A DNA stretch of 32,208 nt, from NCBI RefSeq assembly GCF_001194135.2, contig NC_068981.1:36403343-36435550 (forward strand), given 5' to 3'. The DNA is from Octopus bimaculoides (taxonomy: Eukaryota). Below are positions 22,031 to 32,208 of the stretch, piece by piece (positions within the stretch are counted from its first letter, which is position 1; the number at the start of each line of letters is the position of its first letter). The notes below the pieces were generated by a model. It had not been told where the DNA came from. It ran no database searches and was given only the letters and a program-made list of their open reading frames with translations. Both the position numbers and the translations under genes were made by a program.

Positions 22031-22796
22031 TATAGAAAATTGGTACTTTATTTTCGAGTTAGGTATTTTGGAGGTGCTTTTCTCAAGGAAAATCTCTATT
22101 TTAATGTTTGAATCTTGTACAATAACGACTGAGTGATACAGAGTTTGCAGAGGAATATAACATTAAGTTTATTGTAAAGCAGACAAGAAACTTCCTAGGG
22201 ATAAAAACTTTCATTGTATTTGAGCCTTGATGTAATTAAGAATATGGATAAGAGAGAAAGCAACAACTTTCTCCTACATCACCATTAGATTACCTTCATC
22301 CATAAAACTGCTGAACCGAAGCAGACCAGTTGTGCATGCTATCATTAAAGCCAGCAATCAAATGCAACCGTGTGAGATATTTTATAAGCGTCAATCTAAT
22401 GGCATTATTCCAATTCTACATTGAACAGGATGACGAGGAGTTGGCTGGTTTCAAACATTGCCAGCCACATTATCATAAAAAACTTATTGCTCTGTTGTAT
22501 CTCATGTTTTCAGTTAATTATTCCTTTTGATTTTCCTTTTAGAAATAACTTACACAAAATTAGCTGTTTTCTTTAGGCTCTCTACCTTTCTTCATGAGGC
22601 TCACTACTACATCTCAGGAGTTACTACTGAGCTTAGAAGTTCAGAGGTTTCAAAACCTATCTATATCAACTTGGGCTTTCATCTTTCTAGAGTTTTATAC
22701 ACCACATTATAGTAATATATTCAGACAAGTGGTCAGATTTATGAAAGAAATGAGTAATTCCTATGCCTTTATCTGTGCTGAAATAAAAAACAAGTG

Positions 22797-22912
22797 AGCA
22801 TGTGTGTGCGTGCACACGCGCGTGCACACACAAACACAGACACACACACACGCGCACGCGCACACGCACACGCACACACACACATACACACACACACACA
22901 GAGCAACACACA
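22797..22912. repeat. Alternating purine-pyrimidine (TG)/(CA)/(CG) microsatellite
   Basis: Directly visible, including gcgcg and cgcgcacgcgc. Confidence 0.9.
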
Positions 22913-23311
22913 TGTCATATATTAAGATTATTCAGCAGGAGTTGGTCTCAAGGTAAGAACAAAATATAAAGTAAAAACAATATATTTCAGAACACCAAAT
23001 AATGTATGATGATGTGGATGTTGAACCTTTCGGTTACTTCAAAGATATTTGATTGTCTATCATTGTGTGATGGGTCAACTGTAGCAAGAACAAAACATTG
23101 ATAAAGGTGGAGGCAGCAAAGGAGGAATGTGATTTGTTGTAACTTACATCTACCATAAGACTATGAGCCAATGAAGGAGTCCTTCTATGGTCACTTCACC
23201 AGCTAGAAATAGCTGGAAAATCTCACGCAAATTACATACTACTATCTTAGAATGGAATGACTCATTGCATAATCTAGTCTGGAAACTTTTTGATACCACT
23301 TTGTATAGTAT

Positions 23312-23475
23312 ACACACACACACACACGATAAGCTATTTTCAGTTTCCATCTACCAAATCCACTCACAAGGCTATAGAAGAAGACTCTTACTCACTTGCC
23401 CAAAGTGCCACACTGAGGGACAGAACCCAGAACCATGTAGTGGGGAAGCAAACTTACTACACAGTCACAGCTGTG
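23312..23475 (-). mobile_element. SINE family S2, 5' part
   Basis: Reverse complement: gctgtgactgtgtagtaagtttgcttcccc...ggttctgggttctgtccc...ggcactttgggcaagtg...ttgtgagtggatttggtagatggaaactgaa. Confidence 0.8.
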
Positions 23476-23569
23476 TATGTCATAGATTTAAGAAAATATG
23501 ATTTAAAATTTTTAGAAAATCTATACTATAATATTTGAGCATCTTCAAAAATGTGTTACTCATAATTTA

Positions 23570-23985
23570 GGCACCTGGGACTTTCCTGCTAACTCCCCCT
23601 TCACTTTGATATCCTCTCATCTCTTTATCACTCATATCTGTCATTCTTCCTCTCTTTTATTCACTATATTATGTTGCTAGTATTAGTTAGATTGGCAGTA
23701 CCTAGTAACATCACATATTCTTTATTGCCAGCCATCACTCTCTCATCTCTGTTATTCGCACCGATCACTTGCACTTACCATCGTCCATGTCTATTTCTAT
23801 CCATCACTCACTGCTATCCGGCTTTAAAAAAAAAAACACTCCAAAAATGAGATGTGTAAGCAAGATGTAATCCTCCAACCTACCTAGGTGTGTGGTAACT
23901 CCAAATAAAAACCATCTTGCTCTATGATGACCCATCCAATCCATGCTAGTTTGAGAAATTTGCGTAAAATGATGATGATGTTGAG
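23570..23985 (+). mobile_element. Old RTE-like pyrimidine-rich 3' UTR with degenerate tail
   Basis: C/T-rich body; ends cccatccaatccatgctag...gtaaaatgatgatgatg like the other tails. Confidence 0.4.
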
Positions 23986-24134
23986 ACATGATTTGAGGGG
24001 AATTTGATTATTTTTTGTAGGCCAAGTGTGAAGATAATGATTTTGTTACTGAAATTGTGTATTGTCTCATTATATATATATATATATATATATTATACTG
24101 TATTAATTAGTTTTTTACTTATAATAGTCCAAAA

Positions 24135-24335
24135 CTGTTAGAATAGCAGAATTATTGGAGTGTTGGAGAAAACACTGGTGGTGTTTAATTATGGTTCTTT
24201 CTATTCTGTGCTCAAATCTTGCCAAAGTTATGTCTTTAGTCCTTTTGGCATCAGCAAAATAAATGATAGACAAGTACTAGGTCAATTCATTTGACTTTAC
24301 ACTTCCTCCCAAATTTTAGGCTTTGTAGGAAACCA
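24135..24335 (+). mobile_element. SINE family S1, degenerate
   Basis: agcagaattattggagtg...tctgtgctcaaatcttgcc...aaaataaa...actaggtcaattcatttgac...aggctttgt, colinear with 29500-29680. Confidence 0.55.
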
Positions 24336-24483
24336 ACATGAAATTAAAAGTGGTGAAACTGCAGAATGGGAAGAACAAGGGTCACAAATATAACCTGAAT
24401 CCTGACAAGGTCAAATTTGCTTTTCATTCTTCTAGGGTCAGTAAGATATCTACCAATTAATTACTGTGTCAGTCAGATCAACA

Positions 24484-24675
24484 ATGTGCTGGTGGGATGT
24501 AAAAAGCACTGACTTCACTCTCAGAGTGGTTGGCGTTAAGGAGGGCATCCAGCTGTAGAAACATTACCAGATCAGATTGGAGCCTGGTCCAGCCGCTGGC
24601 TTTCCAGACCTCAGTCAAACTGTCCAACCCATGCCAGCATGGAAAACGGAAATTAAACGATGATGATGATGATGA
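24484..24675 (+). mobile_element. RTE lineage A tail-only insertion
   Basis: gtaaaaagcac...gagtggttggcgttaaggagggcatccagctgtagaaac...ccatgccagcatgg (24629-24642)...ttaaac(gat)n. Confidence 0.9.
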
Positions 24676-24821
24676 CAACAAATAGTGTCGCTGACAGGAT
24701 CCAAATTTTAGTCACTGATCTTGACTTTCTTGAAGCATAGTCACAAATGAAGAATAATGAGGAATATATTGTCCTTGTCATCAAGACGTGGCCAAGTACT
24801 AAATTGAAAACAGAAAAATCT

Positions 24822-25052
24822 TTAACTTTTCTTAATACCGACCTGCTTGAGACCACTCTTAGTTCTATTTTACAAACTTCCCGTTCTAAAATTATCTAAA
24901 TGAAAGCCTTTCATCAAAATTTCATAGCAATTTATATTTCATACACTAGATTAATAATGACAAAGTCAGTTTACTAAATATTTCATTATTTTCAAAATTA
25001 ATTGAAACAAAGGCAGTGTACTTCAACAAAGATATAGTAACAAAAGCGTTAA
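24822..25052. mobile_element. Second TTAA-bounded piggyBac-type MITE (different family, degenerate TIRs)
   Basis: Ends TTAACTTTTCTTAATAC and GTAACAAAAGCGTTAA; 231 bp; AT-rich interior recalled as an octopus MITE. Confidence 0.5.
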
Positions 25053-25080
25053 TCTCTTCTCATTTTCAAAATCCCATCTT

Positions 25081-25585
25081 GAGCTACAGCCCAGTTAAGA
25101 GTACTCCTGATGCATCGGATGATATGCTATGCTTGAGAAGACCTGTTGAGTCAAGTAAAACCAATATTGTAGCTGTGGCCAATGCCCCCTGACTGGATCC
25201 TGTGCTGGTGGCACGTAAAATGCCCCATCCAAATGTGGCCGATGCCAGTACCCCAAGACTGGCTCCTGTGCCGGTGGCACATAAAAAGCACCATCCGTAC
25301 ATGGCTGATGCCAGCACCCCCTGACTGGCCCCCATGCCAGTGGCATGTAAAAAGCACTATCTGAATGTGAGCGATGCCTGGCCTGTCTGAGTGACTCCTG
25401 TGCTGGTGACATGTAAAAAGCGCCCACTACACTTTCAGAGTGGTTGGCATTAGGAAGGGCATCCAGCTGCAGAAACATTGCCAGATCAGATTGGAGCCTG
25501 GTGCAGCTACTGGCTCTCCAAACCTCAGTGAAACCGTTCAACCCATGCCAGCATGGAAAACGGACGTTAACCAATGATGATGAGG
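25081..25585 (+). mobile_element. RTE lineage A, truncated within the 3' UTR; four-unit array; complete tail
   Basis: atgcttgagaagacctgttgagtcaagt; four ~66-bp units (25170-25425); gagtggttggcattaggaagggcatccagctg...ccatgccagcatggaaaacggacgttaa-(gat). Confidence 0.9.
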
Positions 25586-25769
25586 ATTGGCTATTGTTTA
25601 GAAATAAATGAATACCATACTTGAATTATGGGGAGAATTTACTGATCACAGGAAATGTTGAAGACACTATGCCACTTTCTGACCTTCAGCAAATGACGAA
25701 TAAATTTATCATTCCTTCTTTTCTCAGGTGTGCTCCCCACAGAAATAGGGGACATTAATAAGTCATTAT

Positions 25770-25850
25770 CATTATCACCATCATTCTTTTAACATGGACT
25801 TTTCCATCCTTACATGGTGTTGGGTGAAATTCGTTGAGGTAGTCACTTAG
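25770..25850 (-). mobile_element. Very degenerate RTE-type tail
   Basis: catcattctttaacatggacttttccatccttacatgg...gaaattcgttgagg resembles 5595-5645. Confidence 0.4.
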
Positions 25851-26196
25851 TCAGAAACTACAAGCTCCAAACTTTGTGTCAAGAGAATCAGCAACTTACA
25901 TTGTCTTTTTTTTACCTATATGAATATCATTTAAATATGACTCTAAATTTTAGCATTAATATGCATTGTTAGAAATGTAATTTTACAGCTGGTAAATTCT
26001 CTTAAAGGTAAGCTCTTGCCATTTCTACTTGAAACATTGGAATTATTGTCCCCTCATGCTTCACTAATGTTACTCAATTTTCAACTTTATTGAACTGATA
26101 TTTATTGTTCTCTAGTAGCAAACATCAGTTCAAATGAAACAGAATCATCAAATTTTAGTGCAAAGCCAACAATGGGTCTTCAACATAGCTGATGGC

Positions 26197-26369
26197 CTAG
26201 AAATTACAACCAAATCTCTCTCAAATCACACCCTGGTTTCTCAAAAGAAACATACTTTGGATACTGCAATCTTGGATACAGTACAGCAGAGAAAAAGATG
26301 GAACTGTTATAGTTGCAATGCTGTTAAGCATAGGTCTGTTTAATCAGGATTGATCTGAGCTTAAACAAG
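26197..26369 (-). repeat. Family U, near-complete copy
   Basis: Reverse complement: cttgtttaagctcagatcaatcctgattaaacagacctatg...agggtgtgatttgagagagatttggttgtaatttctag. Confidence 0.7.
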
Positions 26370-26785
26370 ATCAGATTTTTCAGCTACATTGGCTACTAAT
26401 AATTATGAAAATTCTTTGATCACAGTAAATTTTGAACTCATTATTTTTAATCAATAGATCTTTGTTTTAATTTGAAAGTCTATAGCTTTATTACAACTGT
26501 TGGACATATGATAACATTAAAATACATTATATGGAAAAATATTTTTTACCTTTTCTTAAAAAGCATATCTGACATTGGATACAACTTTCTATGATTCTAT
26601 AATTATAGTAAATTATAAATTGAAATTTTATACTGTACTGGTGCTCTTCCTGGTTGTAGCTTTTTTCCTTATGTAACTAACATATGTGGGAAATTGTATG
26701 TATATTACAAATTTTTATTTCCTCTCTTACCCAAATATTAGCTTTCAATCTCAAAGAATGTATGTAGGAGTAATTACCTGTTGTT

Positions 26786-26960
26786 TCTGTTGTCTAATTC
26801 CATATCAACTCTAATCAAGCAGATCCCTGTAATCAAAAGTGCTTTTCTTTTCCTATAATGTATTGAGAGCTACAATATTAAATATACCTTCCTATTTAAA
26901 AGTATCAGAGTATGATTTGAGAGAAATTTGGCTTCTATCTTCAACAGATCAAGTGATTAA
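26786..26960 (+). repeat. Family U copy
   Basis: catatcaactctaatcaagcagatcc...agagtatgatttgagagaaatttggcttctatcttc. Confidence 0.6.
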
Positions 26961-28719
26961 CATTGATTCTCTCTTTAGCTTACTTATTCTACACAATAAA
27001 TTTAAAACCTAATATTTAAAGGACAAAAGAAAAAAGAAAAAAGAGAAATGTGATACACATGCTTAAGTGCTTAAGTTGCATAAGCTAAGGAAATTAGATA
27101 CAACCTAGAAAATCAACACACTAGAAAACTGAAGTTTCTAATTTACTATAATGATTAAAATAACATTCAATGGAAATTAATTAGATTAATAATTAGATTC
27201 AGAATAGTAAATTAGCAGTGACAGAGCTTTCTTGATTTATGAGAAAAGATTATGGTATAAATATAAAAATAAATAACAAAGTGCATACAATTGTGTGTGC
27301 ATTCTAATAAGAGAAGCTATGATATTACCAAAATGTGAAAATTTATCATAATTGAATTCAAGATAGGAAATATGTTCCAGTGAGGCATTTAGTTTGAGCA
27401 TGGAAAAATACCTGTTCAGCACTGAAATTGGGTTGTGCTATGATGCTAAAATGAATGTGTGCGTAGTGGTGGCAGTGGAGATGATGATGATGGTGGTGGT
27501 TAATAAAAATTGAAAGAGGCCAGTAGAGAGTTGGAGGTATGTGAAATTATCTTTTATAGTTGTGACGCCTCCTGCAACAGTAACATTTATATATTTTCTG
27601 TAATAAAAGTACTGTTTTTATATCCTTTCTGTCGTAAATATGATATAGTTGGTGCAGAAAGATAAATTATATTTTTATGTTGCAACATATAGAAGTGTGC
27701 TATTTTTATGTGTTACAACAACAAGAATAATAATTGTCACTATCACAAGGAGATGAAACAATTTGTGATAGGTATGCAGTTAAATCTCTCTTTACTGGCA
27801 TGATAACTTGTAAATTCCTTGCAACATGTCTTAAAAAAATTCATATCTATTTGTTTGGGTGTATCTTGCTATAGCTCTGTCACAATGTCTTAGGGCTAGT
27901 ATATTGAAGTGGTTTCTAACACATTGCCATTATAACATTCCATGCCTCCAGATTGGCATAGATATTGTAAGGCACGTTAGATTCCCAATAGTATTAATAA
28001 TATAGGTAAAGAAAAAAAAATAATAATGATTGATAATTTCTTTTATTAGCCACAGGAGCAAGTGCAGTGTGGAACTGTCTTTTTAATTTTCCCTAAGAAA
28101 CACTTGAAGCGTTACCAAAAGAAATTTTTATTGCCTTTTTAAAATTTTATTTACACACATTACATTTCCACATCCAAAGTGGGCACCATACATAATTATT
28201 CCACACAACAAAAGCAATGGCTAAAAAAAAATTTTTTAATTAGGAGACAACAAAATATTCCAAATATACAAATAAGTGACTTGGAATACAGTGACAGTAG
28301 AATCAACAACTACAGTAGATGATTCCAAATACTGTAGCCTGTTCCTATAGCAATTGCATGAAGACAAATCTTTGTTCACCACTACATGGACACAAAGAAT
28401 GCTTGAACTTATGGTTACAAAATAAAAGGTGGAGAATTTTATAAATCCCAACTGTATTTCTTTGCCACAGGAGACAATACAGGAGAGGGCAAATAGAAAT
28501 ATTATACATCTCTGTTTACATGCTTTCAAAATGGCACACATAAATTAAGATTAAATTTCCCTTCATGTCAAATTGTACAATTGGCTCACCAAGACATATT
28601 GGATGAAATTATCACAAATGAAAATGACAAACAGTATGATATTATTTGCTGTGCCTTTAAAACAAGTTATGCAGCCAAAACACAGGATGAAATTGTCAAC
28701 ATACCTCTGACTATACAGA

Positions 28720-29381
28720 GTTTCTGGATCAAAGGGAAGAACCCAATACTCAACCTGGATTAGGAAGCATTCAAGAAAACCAGATGGATCTAACTCAGAG
28801 AATGTGATTGATGTGTGATCAGCTTGGTGAATTTTTGATCAGGCATCAAAAGATGTGGTAGCCACCGAACAGAAACTTTCATCATGCCAAATTCATTGTG
28901 CATAATATACTCAGCTCTCTCATGGCATATGCTGATAGCATTGGCTGTTTGATTTATAGTTGAGTACCTGTCATCCATTGCCATGTGATGAACACAGTTA
29001 ATGTTTTCCTTGGTGATGGCAATTGCTGGATGTTCAGATCTTGGGTCATCTTTATGACTCTCCCTTACCCTCTTAAATTCAGCTGCCCACTTTTGCACTG
29101 TTGATAAAACTAGAGCGTTTAAAGATTGTAGCAACCATATTAGTATGAATATCTTTGGGGTCTAAACTCTTTTCCTGCAGGTATTTCATAACACCATTAT
29201 ACCAAATTTTGTCCATTTGCAAAAGAAGCTGTTTTGAAGTCTTTTTTGAACAGTGAGATGTCAGTTTACCTGGATAGAAACAATGCAGTTAATAAGATTT
29301 TACACTAATGCATACAGGATTTCACACTTCTAGCATCACTCCTTCATAGTCAGCTTATGAACTTTTCAGTCCACCCTTGTA
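28720..29381 (-). mobile_element. Mariner 5' half, same family as 18236-19462, inactive
   Basis: TIR tacaagggtggactgaaaagttcataagctgactatgaagg at 29341-29381. ORF 28790-29134: LSTVQKWAAEFKR..DDPRSEHP..WLPHLLMPDQK. Homology stops at FLIQVEYWVLPFDPET (first Asp reads Val). Confidence 0.92.
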
Positions 29382-29384
29382 AGA

Positions 29385-29495
29385 GTCTCAATAAGAGACA
29401 TTGGACAGGATTTAGATCTATGGCTAGTAGTGATTTTTGGTATCAACTAGTCCCTTCTCCTCTAAATTTCTGGTCTTGTGCCTACACCAGAAATT
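29385..29495 (+). mobile_element. SINE family S1, 3' fragment
   Basis: cccttctcctctaaatttctggtcttgtgcc...gaaatt resembles the S1 3' end. Confidence 0.4.
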
Positions 29496-29499
29496 AAGA

Positions 29500-29680
29500 A
29501 TGGCAAGCTGCTAGAATTGTTGGAGTATTAAAAGACATGCTTTGCTCTTTACATTGGGAATTCGAATTCCACTGAGAGGAACTTTACTTTGCATCTCTCA
29601 AGGGTTGATAAAATAAAGTACCAATCAAGTACAGTTTTACAAAATCCTTAGCCTTGTGCCTATATCAGAAACTATTATTA
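29500..29680 (+). mobile_element. SINE family S1
   Basis: tggcaagctgctagaattgtt head; B-box-like attcgaattcc; gggttgataaaataaagtacca; gccttgtgcc...gaaactattatt. Confidence 0.7.
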
Positions 29681-29704
29681 CACTCCTCCTCCTCCTCCTC
29701 CTTT

Positions 29705-29825
29705 CTATCAGGCATTGGTTGGGCTGGGGCTGTAGAAGACACTTGCCCAAGGTGCTGTGCAGTTGGAGCAAACATAAAGTCACATGATTGTAAAGTGAAC
29801 TTCTTAACTGCACTGACACCTATAT
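29705..29825 (-). mobile_element. SINE family S2, 5' fragment
   Basis: gctgtagaagacacttgcccaaggtgc...cacatgattgtaaagtgaacttcttaactgcac. Confidence 0.7.
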
Positions 29826-31694
29826 GTCTATGAAGTGCATTACTTCTATAAGTGTAATACTACATGACAGTATAAGTATGGTTAGTGAGTGCAAAGAAAC
29901 AAGCTGAGTACTGTCATTAAACTTGACATAAAATGTTAATTAAAGGAAAAGTTGAATGCAAAAGATTTGAGAATATTGGCTTTTTACTAAAAGGTATTGG
30001 CTGATTAATATATGAAGAAGAGACAATTGCAATGGTATAGATTACCCATGAAATAGATGATGGATGATTAGTTAATGAAAAGTACTTGTAATGAAGCAAG
30101 CTCAAGAAGTTTGGACAAAGTAGTTATGCCAGCCCTATATGAACATTGGACACCATAGATACGTCAATGCAGTGCCATGATATGCATTAAGTGGCCATAT
30201 TACAGACTTGCTAGTACATGTCAGTAAAGAAAAATAGACATTTAAATGATGAGGATGATAACCATGTGAATGGCAATGGTTGTAATCAACTATGAACTGA
30301 AAGGGTTAGATTTACAGTGGGTAGAAGTAAAATGTAATTTGTGAAAAATTAACTTTGTATCAATTTTCTCATCCGTTAGCTTCAATCAGGAGTGAAATAC
30401 TTAAATCAAAGAATGAGCTTCTCAAATCAGCATAAGTTTCTATGTTAATCACTTCACCGATTCAGACTTCACTCAACAAATTCTCTTTAAAATAGGGATC
30501 ACATGTTATATCCACAAATTTGAAAATAGTATGTCACACAATAAATTTAAGAAGGTCGTGATTAGAATGCTTAGAAAATGGTAACATACCTGACACAACT
30601 ATATTGTCAGATCTCAAGTGAAAGATCTATAGTATATAGATTAGTTTTAGTTATATCATTTGTTAATTTGATATATCAAGTGTCTGTTTTGGCAGACCTG
30701 ACCAGATATATATTGATTAACCACAAATCCTCTATGTTAGATGAGACATTAAAGAAGTATATCAACAATAATAATATACCAATAGCCATTGATTAAAATA
30801 TCACCATCAGAAAATTTGTATATCTGTGAAGATTATATCATTAACTGAAAAATAGTGTTTCAAAGCTATGACAGAAAATTTATTATTTAGACAAGTGATT
30901 AAGCTATAAAATATTTTGAGCCAAAATTTCGAACTTATATAACTTTTCTGAATAGAATTCCACTGAAATTGATGTATGACAAATATATCCTTATGTACAA
31001 GATTGACTAAAACATACTTGTCCACAAAATGTTGGCATACTAATGGATACCTTAACATTTTTAGAGATTCAAAAGTTTGTTATTAAATTAAAATTAGTTG
31101 GAAATAATGGTTTCTTTTAAAAAGAAACATGTTAAAAAAAAATAAAAGAAACAAAAAATGAAAATTTATAGATAAAAAATAAAACAAAGAAAAATTATGA
31201 ACTTCATTTTAAAAGAAAATACTATTCATTTTGTTTCTCAAAATCAGTAATGGTCTGTGGAAATTGAAATTGGAATTTGGAAGCATCTTGCAGTATTCCT
31301 GAAACATAGAATACTGCTATTGTTAAAAGCTACACATATTGGCTTGTTTTAGTTCCACTTTACCAAGCTGTTTTTGAAATATTCTCCTTCTTTTATACAA
31401 AGCTTTCAAGACTAAGTTAGCACCAACAATTCCTAAAAGTGTGAACTGGCCAATCTGCGCTCAGAAAACAGTGAGCTATTATGCTGGAGAGGGAGAAATT
31501 GTGAGGGTTAATTGTCTTTACAATGACACTTGTGGTGACTCTTAATAGAAATGTGAGTGCTAGTGAGTCATATATGGATCAAACCTTCTCACAACAGCAG
31601 TAGTGGAGATCAGAATGGAGGTGGGAGATGTGCTGGTGCGTGCATTTATAATGTGACAAATATCGATAAAAAAAAATAATAATGTCCTCTTCTG

Positions 31695-31815
31695 CTACCT
31701 TCATTCCTACCACCACCATTAATACCTACACCACTACCAGTACCATCACTACTGCCACTCAATCACCACAACCCATAGTGCATCTACTGCTGCTGTTAGC
31801 AATAGCAACAACAAA
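31695..31815. repeat. Degenerate (CCA/CTA/CAA)n tract
   Basis: Directly visible. Confidence 0.65.
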
Positions 31816-32208
31816 AATCTAAGCAGGAATTTGTAAGTGAACACACTGAGATAAGCTAGATAATAATGTTAGGTTGTAGCTTTCTAGAAGATTATAAAGT
31901 GGAAAAAATTCCAAGTGTTTTCTCTATATTTTCCTTCGTTTTATAAACTTAAAATTTTCTTCTACTTCCCCACTCCTTGTTATTTGTTGAATAGGTGTTC
32001 GTTCAAATTTGCATATTTACATTAGAAATTATTGCCGTAAATATTTGGAATAGTTTTAAAATTTAAATGGATACTTGAACTATTTCATATTAAGCCATCT
32101 CTATTTTACCATATTTTAATCTTTCATGCATTTTCACCCTCCAAATACACACACGTATGTATGTATATTTATATGACATGTTTATTTACATACATATATA
32201 TATATATA

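Noticed and set aside
22442-22467. 7-bp hairpin TGGCTGG-N12-CCAGCCA in a slightly CpG-richer patch
   Set aside because: Too short to exceed chance; no miRNA-length stem.
25729-25770. Strong acceptor followed by GVLPTEIGDIN (LRR-like)
   Set aside because: No consensus donor, and the frame runs into a repeat tail.
28410-28763. Long frame with one stop, including ORF 28581-28763 (AHQDILDEIITNENDK...)
   Set aside because: Unrecognised peptide, the 3' end is antisense mariner, and open frames of this length are expected a few times by chance.
31450-31655. CCAAT (31450), TGAGTCA (31564) and TATAAT as a putative promoter
   Set aside because: Short motifs with loose spacing and no identifiable downstream gene in the window.

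Overview
Eukaryotic, AT-rich, non-coding window. I recognise the repeat families from memory as those of a coleoid cephalopod, most likely Octopus; this is inference, not a search result. I found no supportable host protein-coding exon, so it is probably intronic or intergenic. By my rough tally about half is recognisable repeat. Contents: (1) RTE-clade LINE fragments of at least three lineages, plus many tail-only copies sharing one 3' stem-loop; (2) a decayed Tx1/L1-clade LINE interrupted by a TTAA-flanked piggyBac-type MITE; (3) two dead mariner copies of one family; (4) three tRNA-derived SINE families; (5) an unclassified ~200-bp repeat, here called family U; (6) abundant microsatellites and two 10-N assembly gaps. 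Most ORFs in the supplied track are microsatellite or antisense-TE artefacts. The most notable signals are a near-complete type I hammerhead ribozyme fold with one core mutation (20624-20681), a PHD-like Cys/His module inside an RTE reverse transcriptase (6062-6190), and a variable-number 66-bp double-hairpin array in the RTE 3' UTR. None demonstrates a new biological system on sequence alone.
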